64,000 bases of DNA from an uncultured Saprospiraceae bacterium. GTDB taxonomy: Bacteria > Bacteroidota > Bacteroidia > Chitinophagales > Saprospiraceae. The notes under the pieces were generated by a model. The model was given only the letters and a program-made list of their open reading frames with translations, was not told the origin of the DNA and made no database searches. A program made the position numbers and the translations under genes. The DNA is taken from the NCBI GenBank assembly GCA_964507535.1, contig CAZDQG010000006.1, positions 53,141 through 117,140 of the forward strand. The letters run 5' to 3'. This document shows positions 19,601 through 27,905 of this stretch, piece by piece; within the stretch, counting starts at the first letter, position 1, and each line of letters begins with the position of its first letter.

Positions 19601-19816
19601 GAAGTTCAAAAAAGCAGTACAGCTACTTATCATGCTGAAAATCCAGTAGTAAAAATCGACCTGCAATACAAAACAGACCCATGGATAAGCAGTAGCGGTT
19701 TAGGATTACGAACATCTCTGCTTGGCTATTACGTCAGACTTGATTATGCGTGGAAAATAGAGGCATCTACTTTTAAAGAACCAAAATGGATTTTTTCACT
19801 CGGGCTTGACTTTTAA
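16625..19816 (+). CDS. Large outer-membrane protein: N-terminal soluble domains plus C-terminal Omp85-like beta-barrel, function unknown
   Basis: 1063-aa ORF. Only a TTG start is available, because an in-frame TAG sits 9 nt upstream. Signal peptide MKIIISILFLFLCMILHAQ. N-terminal FGKNKVQY...W...ETNNF...Y module recurs in long Bacteroidota OM proteins (from memory). C-terminal third has alternating-hydrophobic strands and ends ...WIFSLGLDF. Confidence 0.55.
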   Translation: MKIIISILFLFLCMILHAQNAKETFGKNKVQYSDDQYDWWMYETNNFISYWYGKSKSVAKFCIEIAESENQQVQRLFEYHLKDKIELIIYADHSDASQSNISLNDFQFEKNWDQEPKIKGQKMILYFDGDHNKLRAKLREGIIKMYLSSMFDGTAFQDAVQKVISLKLPDWFEYGLTMYLNEGWSSKSEEEFYEKWKHNSFKKFSKKEFKLAGLSFWNYLSNNYGQQVIPNWLYMTRIQKDIYEACQLVLNQDFEQLEKDWYSYYLNLDTKTYEQGRKTSNIPLHLKKEEEICSIYPSIDDTSLTIATNQLGIMRIRQVLLATGKTTRLFKYGYKSKLNRPDVNYPIFCPKVNQGTNKVIFEKRNRVYIKILSGKGSPGNDNILKLPEDIQRVYHGVQKNDRELFLVAYINGATRLILYSIKSRQYTFVNNDSWDKLNLEYKADQKDKCILFTNRPNNDSIINESNSVELLNPFYLFELQLDEKDKSKKIKPLLDSGTLIKKWIPFKEGIFVQKKEDLSENWYVLDREMKPKRIQNTENAEWVFSGNDAGTIFLIKKIKGKYIIHKEFLTLVSLSISEKQISERVSYNSLNNNMDTLNDYHYFQSTFGNPSNIQDLYQEFNKKTSSRNSTQLQTENHFTSHTVPTIQAYKPEQAIAYRNRFKIEELSCTLNNDLLFSGLNTYTGRSSEFNTPELGILFKTHLLDILENHAIESGIRIPTTFNGLEAYILYENRIKRVDANYALYFKTTTESFSASPNLIHKLQTNTWLVNHQLKYPIDHYRSLRLNSTLRSDHQFYLATNRASLEDSTDRYQQRIGFRLEYIFDNALDLSLNLKTQTQLKVFFETSKRFALNTQQRSTIYPGFLFLAGFDARHHIPVFGRSSFSNRAYSLISFGKERILQHVGGTENWLVPKYASTNPLETSGEYVYSSLTTEVRGYEYGSRKASSVFGISSELRIPIFQYLLQQNWKNNLLKNFLLIGFFDAAVVWDGFLPEVQKSSTATYHAENPVVKIDLQYKTDPWISSSGLGLRTSLLGYYVRLDYAWKIEASTFKEPKWIFSLGLDF

Positions 19817-19818
19817 AA

Positions 19819-21060
19819 TCAAATCTTTAAATACAGGTTCAGGTTTGAATGCAATTGCAGTGGCTTATCTTGTTGTGCTACGGACTCGACAGAACCTAGA
19901 TCCAATTCAACAGATAATCTATTGAACAACATCCAGGCAGCAGAAATACCAAAGCCTTCACGACCATTAAATCTCTTTGAAAAATGGGCAGCAATACCAA
20001 GGTTTTCAGTAACAAAATACTTTAAGCTTAACAGGTACAAAGGATACACTTCCTCAGTGACCATTTGTTTGTACAATCCTTCAATCTCTAGCTTTTCATG
20101 AAAAATCTCATAATTCAAACTAAACGACCAAAAATAAGGCAGCTTATATCCTCTTGATTGGGCAATACGCTCCTTGATAAAATCATTCTTTATCTCTTGC
20201 GTTGATTTTAAATTTATAGCAAATGAATCTAGAATGTTGGAAATTTCAAAACCGGCATAATCGTAAATGGTGTCCACTGTACGTTCCCGAATCCCTTCCT
20301 TCCAAACAAGTTCTCCCACATTTTGGATTTCCCCTCTTATTGAAATTTTAGATAGCAGCTTGTACTTAAACTCGCCACCTAATGTATAGCCAAGACTATT
20401 CCCCGAAAAAAGGTAGGTTTTATTGTTATCTAAATCATAACCTCTTAATTTCAAATCAAGTTCAATCCTCTTCCCAAACTCTTCTGTATAAATAGAGCCG
20501 CTATTCAATCGATATTGAAAAAATGAATTTCCCGATATAAGACCGGCATGCAGAGCGACAAAACCTTTACTCCATGATTTTTCCAAACCAATCTTGGCTT
20601 TTCCATATTGAATATTGTTTATCCAAAATGGATCCAGTTGAGCCGTCTTCCCTTCAAAACCTTTATTTCCCTTAAAATAAATTTCAAATAAATCTTTGCT
20701 AAAATTAAATTCAGCAAATGAATGATAAGAGGCAGATCCAATCAAATAAAGTCCGGAAGAACTTATACGGCTTCGCATGCCGGCTTCCAAACTAAAAAGA
20801 TACAAGCCGCTATTTTCTGGTTTCAAAATGGCAAGAGCTCTGTTCTTTTTGTCCTCTGCAATATAATCTCCATTGATATACGAAAAAACAAACTCGGATG
20901 GCACATTCGAAGCCGTAAAGCTATGCTCATGCAATATAAAAAAGCTTCTCTTTTCATTACGAAACCGATCTTCAAAAAAATGCGGGGCCTGAGCATGCAG
21001 AGTAGCCACTCCAGATATGCATAAAAACAAATAGGATATAAATCTGAAATAATAAAACAT
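19819..21060 (-). CDS. Predicted outer-membrane beta-barrel protein, unknown function
   Basis: 413-aa ORF. Signal peptide ...GVATLHAQ. Repeated amphipathic strand patterns (GYTLGGEFKYKLLSKISIRGEIQ, GISAAWMLFNRLSVELDLG). Starts 11 nt downstream of the lipoprotein gene. Confidence 0.5.
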   Translation of the reverse strand: MFYYFRFISYLFLCISGVATLHAQAPHFFEDRFRNEKRSFFILHEHSFTASNVPSEFVFSYINGDYIAEDKKNRALAILKPENSGLYLFSLEAGMRSRISSSGLYLIGSASYHSFAEFNFSKDLFEIYFKGNKGFEGKTAQLDPFWINNIQYGKAKIGLEKSWSKGFVALHAGLISGNSFFQYRLNSGSIYTEEFGKRIELDLKLRGYDLDNNKTYLFSGNSLGYTLGGEFKYKLLSKISIRGEIQNVGELVWKEGIRERTVDTIYDYAGFEISNILDSFAINLKSTQEIKNDFIKERIAQSRGYKLPYFWSFSLNYEIFHEKLEIEGLYKQMVTEEVYPLYLLSLKYFVTENLGIAAHFSKRFNGREGFGISAAWMLFNRLSVELDLGSVESVAQQDKPLQLHSNLNLYLKI

Positions 21061-21071
21061 AATGAGGCAAA

Positions 21072-23168
21072 TTATTCAACTCCGTACACAAAATCAGCCG
21101 TCAACTGAAAGTCAATAAAATAGGAGTCGTATATTTTTAACTCCTTTAATTCAGGTTTTGTATCAAAAACAAGTCGTGTATTCAATTTATTTCCATTAAA
21201 AATATTTTTGATCTTACTTTGATCAACCGGCACATCAATTCTTGTTTCCGTAACGGCACTTGTTTTTCCATCACTTCCAACAGGAGCTGCAGAAATAATT
21301 GCTGGTGTTATGAATAAACTATCCACGATTGTACCACCTTGATCCAATACATTAATCTGAACCTTTGCTTCAACAGGAAAGCTGTTTGAAAAAAAAGCAT
21401 GCAACACCCCTTCCTTAATCTTTTCAAATTCCTGTCCTGACAGATCAATATCCACTGTATCAGCAAGCGTCAATCCACTGGCAGACAGCTCCAAAGGGAC
21501 ATCCAAAACCAAATTCAAATTCAGAAATCTACTATCGTAAATAAAATCATTCCAAAAGGAAGTATTCCCCAAAGGATTAGCGTGCAATTCCACATCATAT
21601 TGAATCTTATCCGGCAGGTTATTAATAAAATCATCCAAATTTGAATTGGAACGATCAATCGTAAGTGAAGTAAAACTTCCCTGCACATTAGTTGCATTCC
21701 CTCTATCCTGAGCTCTTACAATATGCAATGGTTTATTAATTTCAGAACCCGAAAGAGAGACAACACTGCTTTTTCTACTATTGATTGATTTTAAATCATT
21801 AACACGAATATCCAAATCGACGCCAATATTATTCTCGACTTCCACCTGCAGGCTTGCATTATGCAACTGCAGATTGCCTGACTCAATCCTGTTAAATATA
21901 TCCAATTTTTCATCCGACAAACCCGAATTCAAAATGGTATCATTCAGATACCCTCTGGCATATCTGGGCCTCAGATTTTCAAAAGCCAATTCCACATAAA
22001 TACTATCACCTTTAGAAATCGTCTTCATTACTCCGGTACTGTCAATTGAAGCAATTACCTGATTAAAGGAAAGATTAAAGGAATCATTATTCGCACCACT
22101 GAAATCAAAATGATAGCCCTCCATACTTTCTTCCTCTATATGCGTCGACACTCCTCCGGGAGGGGCAGGACTCAATAAAATATATTTTTCAAAAGGCTTA
22201 CCATCTTTCGTCGCGGTGGGAAGACGGTAAGTAAATCTTGTAGAATCCTTTAATGTGCTCGTAAGTATAATCTTCGCTTTACCAGATCCAATCAAACTTT
22301 CCTTTAACTCCACATTCAATCCTTCAATACCAAAATAATAACTATCGTTAATAAGATTCTGAGCAGGCCAAAGTGCGGTTGCAGTCAGCGGGTGAAGATT
22401 TGACACTGTCAGTTTGGCATTGATAAAATTCGTAGTATCAATTAGTACAGGGACACCTTTGCTTCCTGGTGATGACAGTTTAACCAACTGGCCTTGCAAA
22501 ATCCCTTCCACTGTTTTACCGCTTAAATCAAAACTTTTTGATTCCGTTGTCCCCGCTGCAATCAAAGGAAATTCACCCGATACAACTACATCACCCGCTT
22601 TAACATTACGAATCTGAAATATCACATTTGTTACATCAATCGGTAAACCATTATAAAGACTGATATCAAGACTTCCTTGTTCTAAAGTCATCGTCTGAAA
22701 AAAAGTATCAGCCTTGATTTCAATCGGAGCAGAACTAACATTGGGAATATCCGGAATGGTTTGCTGAAATCCATGAAATAACAACAGCAGCTGTCCAATA
22801 GGTCCTGCATTTCTTGCTAACGTGCCCAGGGATAAAGGATAATCAAACGAAGTTGTATATAAGGACAGAGAGTCAATCCGGAAAGTTTTCCTAAGGCTTG
22901 TATCACTAAAAGTAAAAAAGGAATCAATAGCCAAATCATACAACTTATTGCTATACACCAGATGAACAACTCCAGAGCTATCAGTTTTTGATTTCTCCTG
23001 ATCGACAATATTGGAAATACTTAATTTAGTTTTCACGAGAGGCGCAAGAATAGCCGTATCCCAACTCGGATCCTGAACTTTACATGCGTTGCCAAAAAAA
23101 ATCAAAAAACAGATATAGAATAAAAAAGGCCTAAGAGAAGACTGTTTCATGAATTGTGTTCTTTTCAT
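21072..23168 (-). CDS. Large lipoprotein built of repeated beta-sandwich-like modules, unknown function
   Basis: 698-aa ORF. Lipobox-like FFGNAC. Several similar modules (GSLDISLYNGLPIDVTNV..., NLQLHNASLQVEVENNIGVDLDI..., GVLHAFFSNSFPVEAKVQINV...). No catalytic motif recognised. Confidence 0.5.
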   Translation of the reverse strand: MKRTQFMKQSSLRPFLFYICFLIFFGNACKVQDPSWDTAILAPLVKTKLSISNIVDQEKSKTDSSGVVHLVYSNKLYDLAIDSFFTFSDTSLRKTFRIDSLSLYTTSFDYPLSLGTLARNAGPIGQLLLLFHGFQQTIPDIPNVSSAPIEIKADTFFQTMTLEQGSLDISLYNGLPIDVTNVIFQIRNVKAGDVVVSGEFPLIAAGTTESKSFDLSGKTVEGILQGQLVKLSSPGSKGVPVLIDTTNFINAKLTVSNLHPLTATALWPAQNLINDSYYFGIEGLNVELKESLIGSGKAKIILTSTLKDSTRFTYRLPTATKDGKPFEKYILLSPAPPGGVSTHIEEESMEGYHFDFSGANNDSFNLSFNQVIASIDSTGVMKTISKGDSIYVELAFENLRPRYARGYLNDTILNSGLSDEKLDIFNRIESGNLQLHNASLQVEVENNIGVDLDIRVNDLKSINSRKSSVVSLSGSEINKPLHIVRAQDRGNATNVQGSFTSLTIDRSNSNLDDFINNLPDKIQYDVELHANPLGNTSFWNDFIYDSRFLNLNLVLDVPLELSASGLTLADTVDIDLSGQEFEKIKEGVLHAFFSNSFPVEAKVQINVLDQGGTIVDSLFITPAIISAAPVGSDGKTSAVTETRIDVPVDQSKIKNIFNGNKLNTRLVFDTKPELKELKIYDSYFIDFQLTADFVYGVE

Positions 23169-23293
23169 AAAGATACAATTTTGTTTATGTGCTTGAAATC
23201 CTGATAGTATTCTATAATTTAAAATTGGACTTTAAAAAACATGCAAACATCATTTTAAATAATAAGATTGGGGTGGATAGGGTATCAAGTTAA

Positions 23294-24358
23294 TCAGTCC
23301 AATTCCCCCTTAAGACGTTCTGCATTATCTGCAACCTGAAGTGCTTCAATAACTTCATCTAAATAACCATTCATTACCTGGTCCAAATTATAAACTGTAA
23401 GATTTATGCGGTGATCAGTAACGCGGTTTTGAGGGTAGTTATATGTCCTGATTTTATCTGATCGATCACCGGTACCTACTAAAGAACGACGTTTTGAAGC
23501 AACTTCAGTTTCATATTTGATTACCTGGGAATCTTGTATTTTCTGCAAGAGCCGGTTAAAAGCAATTTCCCTGTTTTTATGTTGACTTCTACTGTCCATA
23601 GACTCTGCAACCAAGCCGGTAGGTATATGCGTAAATCGAACCCCTGATTCCGTTTTATTAACATGCTGTCCACCCGCACCACTTGAACGAAATGTGTCCA
23701 CTTTCAAATCTGCCTTATTGATGTTAACATCTTCCATCTCCATTTTGGGCATAACCACCACTGTTGCAGCAGACGTATGAACGCGACCCTGAGCCTCCGT
23801 CTTTGGCACCCGTTGAACACGATGCGCTCCTGATTCGAATTTTAGTTTTCCATACACTTGATCGCCGTTAACCTCCAGTACAATCTTATTGTACCCACCT
23901 GCATTGCCTTCGTTAAAATCAAGCAATTCATATTTCATTCCATGCGTGTCAAAATACCGGGTATACATGCGATATAAATCACCAGCGAAAATGCTGGCTT
24001 CATCACCACCAGTGCCTGACCTTATTTCAAGTATAACGTCTTTGCTATCTTCCGGATCTTTTGGAATGAGAAGATATTTCAATTTTTCTTCGAGTTGTTC
24101 AAGTTCTGGTGTAAGGGTTTTAATATCCAATTCAGCGATTTCTTTAAAATCAGGTTCTATAAGCATTTCTCTTGCCTCACTGATTTGTTTAAGAACTTTT
24201 TGATAGACCAGATAGGCATCCACAATTTCTCTAAGATCCTTATACTCCTTTGAAATTTTACCATACTCTTCCTGATTGGTAACCACTTCAGGATCTGACA
24301 TACGTTCTTCAATGGTTAAAAACCGATTATAAATTGCTTCCAGTTTATCTAATAACAT
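23294..24358 (-). CDS. prfA: Peptide chain release factor 1
   Basis: 354-aa ORF. GGQ motif (SGAGGQHVNKTESG). PxT-type codon-recognition tripeptide (VPKTEAQGRVHTS). Uninterrupted frame. Confidence 0.95.
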   Translation of the reverse strand: MLLDKLEAIYNRFLTIEERMSDPEVVTNQEEYGKISKEYKDLREIVDAYLVYQKVLKQISEAREMLIEPDFKEIAELDIKTLTPELEQLEEKLKYLLIPKDPEDSKDVILEIRSGTGGDEASIFAGDLYRMYTRYFDTHGMKYELLDFNEGNAGGYNKIVLEVNGDQVYGKLKFESGAHRVQRVPKTEAQGRVHTSAATVVVMPKMEMEDVNINKADLKVDTFRSSGAGGQHVNKTESGVRFTHIPTGLVAESMDSRSQHKNREIAFNRLLQKIQDSQVIKYETEVASKRRSLVGTGDRSDKIRTYNYPQNRVTDHRINLTVYNLDQVMNGYLDEVIEALQVADNAERLKGELD

Positions 24359-24497
24359 AAATATTCAGAAAATTGAAGTAAAAAGTAAATGGACTAATAC
24401 ATTATTGAATAATGGAGCCGATGGGCTCAATACTATTGAAAGAAGGCGAAGGAAAGCTTCCTAAATAGTGAATGGAAAATAGACCAATGTGGTGAAG

Positions 24498-24737
24498 CTA
24501 ATGTGGAAATTTTCTTATTTCCTTGCGAATATGATCAACAATGTGAGAAGTATCGGAAGGTCGTCGCAGGTTAGCCCTTAATTTCTGGCGAATATTTTTC
24601 TCCTTATTGAACGCGTTCAAACCTGCAGGATGCTTCACGATTTCCTGCAAAAACTGCCGCTCATCATTTGAATTCATTTCCTTGTCAAAATACCGGGTAA
24701 TTTTTCTCATAAGTTCCGCAAGTAATGAATCCTCCAT
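24498..24737 (-). CDS. Small soluble anti-sigma-factor candidate (no Cys, no TM segment)
   Basis: 79-aa ORF, 25 nt downstream of an ECF sigma gene on the same strand. N-terminal helical region (ELMRKITRYFDKEMNSNDERQFLQEI) resembles an anti-sigma N-domain, but no HxxxCxxC and no hydrophobic helix. Confidence 0.4.
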   Translation of the reverse strand: MEDSLLAELMRKITRYFDKEMNSNDERQFLQEIVKHPAGLNAFNKEKNIRQKLRANLRRPSDTSHIVDHIRKEIRKFPH

Positions 24738-24762
24738 AATAACTATTTTATCTTACATTGAT

Positions 24763-25365
24763 TTAATCTTCTTCACGACGTGCCTTTGATTTTTCCCCTC
24801 GTACATCTTTAAATCCCATCGTTGCGGCATAGTCCTTCAACTTTTCCTTAAGCATGTTTCGTGCACGAAACAGCCTCGAACGAACAGTACCAATTGGAAC
24901 TTCAATGATATTGGAAATCTCCTCGTAACTAAATCCTTCAATATCACATAACCAAATCACCGTTCTAAACTCCTCGGGAAGAGCATCCAAAGCCGTGGAA
25001 ACTTCATCACCCATCATTTGATCAAAAATCTCCTCCCTCAGATCAAAATAGCTCGAGGATGAACCCTCCTCGTCTTCCTGATACACTGCTACCTCATCAT
25101 AATCAACCTGCGCAGGACGCTTTGATTCCTTCCTGTACTGATTAATATATGCATTTTTCAGTATTTTAAACAACCATGCTTTAGCATTAGTTCCCTCTTC
25201 AAACTTATCTATGAACCGGAAGGCCTTTAGAAAGGTTTCCTGAACCAAATCTGCAGCATCCTCCTCATTATAATTTAGATGAAATGCAAACGTATGCAAG
25301 GCCTCCAGGTGTGGAAGAAACTCCTTTTCAAATCGCTCTTGCTCCGGGCTTAAATGTTTGCTCAC
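24763..25365 (-). CDS. ECF-type RNA polymerase sigma-70 family factor
   Basis: Region 2 (DLVQETFLKAFRFIDKF...AWLFKILKNAYINQYRK) and region 4 (FRTVIWLCDIEGFSYEEISNIIEVPIGTVRSRLFRARNMLK). Start set at GTG 25365 (VSKHLSPEQ...). The ORF-track start at 25554 would overlap the divergent gene and add 63 non-sigma residues. Confidence 0.85.
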   Translation of the reverse strand: MSKHLSPEQERFEKEFLPHLEALHTFAFHLNYNEEDAADLVQETFLKAFRFIDKFEEGTNAKAWLFKILKNAYINQYRKESKRPAQVDYDEVAVYQEDEEGSSSSYFDLREEIFDQMMGDEVSTALDALPEEFRTVIWLCDIEGFSYEEISNIIEVPIGTVRSRLFRARNMLKEKLKDYAATMGFKDVRGEKSKARREED

Positions 25366-25451
25366 CTTGATTACTGTCTCACAAAGAAAAGAAAATTTTA
25401 GGCTTATTTTAGCCTCGAAATTGAATCTTCCATTCAAAAACAAAAATAGCA

Positions 25452-26444
25452 ATGATCGCCTTAATTTTTCTTTTGCTTTGCTCCAAGTCTCTGTCCGCCA
25501 GCAATCCGGAAGAACTTGGCAGAATTCACTGGTACCGGGATTTAAATCAGGCACAGCAACTTTCCAAACAACAAGGGAAGCCTTTGCTTATTCTGTTCCA
25601 GGAAGTCCCAGGATGTTCAACGTGTCGCAACTATGGAAATCAAGTCCTGACTCACCCCTTAATCGTCGAAGCTGCAGAAACGCTTTTTATTCCTGTTTGT
25701 ATTTATAATAACAAAGCCGGTAAAGACAAAGAAGCGCTTGACATATTTAAAGAACCCTCATGGAACAATCCTGTAGTGCGGATTACGGATAATTCCCTTA
25801 ATGACTTGTCAGGCAGGATTTCAGGAGATTACAGCTCTTATGGCCTGGTGTCAAAAATCATCAGCTGTCTAATCAAAACAGGTCAAAAACCACCCATTTA
25901 CCTCACGCTTCTGGAAGAGGAATTAAAAGGAAATTTTAAGGGTGCAAAAAAAGCACGGATCTCCGTGAGTTGTTTCTGGTCCGGAGAAAAAGCATATGGT
26001 CAGCTTACCGGTGTTCTCGATACAAAAGCACTCTACACTTCACGCGGGGAGGCCGTTGAACTAAGCTATGATCCTTCCGTAACTACGCTTACGAAAATAG
26101 TAGAAGAAGGCAAAAAACAGAATGTAGCAAATGCCGTTGAAAATCCAGATGATAGCCATTTAAGTTATTCCGTTCCAACAGTAAAATTCTCAAATATTCG
26201 TCAGGATCCCGAAACGAAATACTATTTGCTTCACTCGGAATACCGCATTATACCGATGACCCCTTTGCAGGCCATGAAAATAAATTCTCGCCTTGGGGAA
26301 GGTCTAGCCTGCGAGGATTTGCTATCACCAAGACAATTACACTACTTCAAAACCAGACACGGATTAAAACAACATTGCAGAGAAAGTCAAATAGGTAATG
26401 ATTTTACAACCGCATGGTACGGATGTTTAGAAGAAACCAAGTAA
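25452..26444 (+). CDS. Exported thioredoxin-fold protein fused to an MsrA-like (degenerate) domain
   Basis: 330-aa ORF with signal peptide MIALIFLLLCSKSLSA. Thioredoxin-like region KPLLILFQEVPGCSTCRNYG (CxxC). Central VSCFWSGEKAYGQLTGVLDTKALYTSRGEAVELSYDP resembles the MsrA GCFWG...V.YDP core but lacks the middle segment. Confidence 0.5.
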   Translation: MIALIFLLLCSKSLSASNPEELGRIHWYRDLNQAQQLSKQQGKPLLILFQEVPGCSTCRNYGNQVLTHPLIVEAAETLFIPVCIYNNKAGKDKEALDIFKEPSWNNPVVRITDNSLNDLSGRISGDYSSYGLVSKIISCLIKTGQKPPIYLTLLEEELKGNFKGAKKARISVSCFWSGEKAYGQLTGVLDTKALYTSRGEAVELSYDPSVTTLTKIVEEGKKQNVANAVENPDDSHLSYSVPTVKFSNIRQDPETKYYLLHSEYRIIPMTPLQAMKINSRLGEGLACEDLLSPRQLHYFKTRHGLKQHCRESQIGNDFTTAWYGCLEETK

Positions 26445-26487
26445 AGCAGTCTTCCCCTAAAAGTATAAAGGTTCTACTGAAAGGACG

Positions 26488-26495
26488 TAATTTTG
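26488..26495 (+). promoter_or_regulatory. TAnnTTTG -7 element upstream of mtaB
   Basis: TAATTTTG lies 16 nt upstream of the ATG at 26512. Confidence 0.35.
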
Positions 26496-26511
26496 CATTC
26501 ATTCTAATATC

Positions 26512-27873
26512 ATGTCAACCTTACGAACAGTAGCTTTTCACACCCTCGGCTGTAAATTAAATTATTCTGAGACTTCGAGCATCTCCAGCCTTTTCAGGGA
26601 TGCCGGTTATGAGGAGGTTGACTTTAAACAGCCCAGTGACATATACGTTATCAACACATGTTCTGTTACTGACCAGGCAGATAAAAAGTGTCGAAAAGCG
26701 ATACGTACTGCAGTCCGTACAAACCCGAATGCTGACATCTATGTCATTGGATGTTACGCTCAGTTGAAACCAAAAGAAATCACAGAAATCCCCGGAGTAC
26801 GCAAAGTACTGGGTGCTGCAGAAAAATTTAATATCCTGCAACATATAAAAAGTGATATAAACGAAAACAATCAGGCGATTATGCGTTGTGGTCCGATACG
26901 CGATGTCGATACGTTTGTTCCAAGTTTCTCTTTTGAAGACCGCACGCGAAGCTTTTTAAAAGTTCAGGACGGCTGTGACTACAAATGCAGCTTTTGTACC
27001 ATTCCGCAGGCACGCGGTAAATCCAGGAGCGGTAGTATAGAAAACCTTGTAGCAAACGCTCAGCATTTAATTTCAAAAGGAGCGAAAGAAATCGTACTAA
27101 CAGGCGTTAACATCGGTGACTTTGGCAACGGAACACAAATTATTGAAGGCCTAAAGCCAAAAAAGGAAGACACACTCATTGATTTGTTGCGAGCACTTGA
27201 GCCCTTGGGAAGGCATTGCAGGTTTCGGATTTCTTCTATTGAACCCAACCTTTGTACAAATGAGATCATTGATTTCGTTCTTTCCTCCCACGCATTTATG
27301 CCGCATTTTCACATGCCACTCCAATCCGGAGATAATGAAATACTTGCGATGATGAAAAGAAGATACCGCAGGGAGTTATATGAAGAGCGCGTAAGCTATA
27401 TTAAAGAATCCTGTCCTTCCGCTTGCATTGGAGTAGATGTAATTGTTGGTTTTCCCGGTGAAACAGACGCGCACTTTCAAAATACGTATCATTTCTTAAA
27501 AGAGCTGAATGTCAGCTACCTTCATGTTTTTCCTTATTCCGAAAGAAACAATACCCCTGCTTCAGAACTTGCAGGAAAGGTTCCATTCTCCATCAGACAT
27601 ACCCGTAGTGAGATGTTGCGTATACTTTCAGAAAAAAAGAAGCGGGCTTTTTATAATGCATTCCATGGGACACATCAACAAGTGCTCCTCGAACAAAGTG
27701 CAAACGAGAATTATTTAGAAGGTTGGTCAAAAAATTATCTCCGAATTCGGATCCAAAAGAATGACTTGCAAGTGAACGATTTGGTAGATGTCACACTGCA
27801 TCAACTTCTACCAGAATGTGTGTTTGAATCCTCCGCTGCGAATTCCGCTACGAATCGTGTGTACAGCATGTAA
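26512..27873 (+). CDS. mtaB: tRNA t6A37 methylthiotransferase (radical SAM, MtaB type)
   Basis: 453-aa ORF. N-terminal UPF0004 Cys pattern (TLGCKLNYSE ... NTCSVT ... GCYA). Radical-SAM CDYKCSFCTIP (CxxxCxxC). C-terminal TRAM-like region. Confidence 0.85.
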   Translation: MSTLRTVAFHTLGCKLNYSETSSISSLFRDAGYEEVDFKQPSDIYVINTCSVTDQADKKCRKAIRTAVRTNPNADIYVIGCYAQLKPKEITEIPGVRKVLGAAEKFNILQHIKSDINENNQAIMRCGPIRDVDTFVPSFSFEDRTRSFLKVQDGCDYKCSFCTIPQARGKSRSGSIENLVANAQHLISKGAKEIVLTGVNIGDFGNGTQIIEGLKPKKEDTLIDLLRALEPLGRHCRFRISSIEPNLCTNEIIDFVLSSHAFMPHFHMPLQSGDNEILAMMKRRYRRELYEERVSYIKESCPSACIGVDVIVGFPGETDAHFQNTYHFLKELNVSYLHVFPYSERNNTPASELAGKVPFSIRHTRSEMLRILSEKKKRAFYNAFHGTHQQVLLEQSANENYLEGWSKNYLRIRIQKNDLQVNDLVDVTLHQLLPECVFESSAANSATNRVYSM

Positions 27874-27905
27874 AATTGCAATAGACCTTTACAATTTCAG
27901 CTGTT

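Noticed and set aside
19221-19649. 142-aa same-strand alternate-frame ORF inside the 1063-aa gene (and 6960-7325 inside ileS)
   Set aside because: They are embedded in longer ORFs with coherent domain structure. There is no independent evidence for overlapping genes.
23294-24358. Checked for an RF2-type programmed +1 frameshift
   Set aside because: The gene is RF1 (PKT tripeptide, no SPF). The frame is uninterrupted from ATG to stop.
25366-25554. 63-codon N-terminal extension of the ECF sigma ORF
   Set aside because: It would overlap the divergent signal-peptide gene by 103 nt and adds sequence unlike any sigma region. The internal GTG gives a normal 200-aa ECF sigma.
25452-26444. Possible selenoprotein (VPGUxxT-like motif)
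   Set aside because: The motif position is encoded as Cys (VPGCSTC), and there is no in-frame TGA in the ORF.
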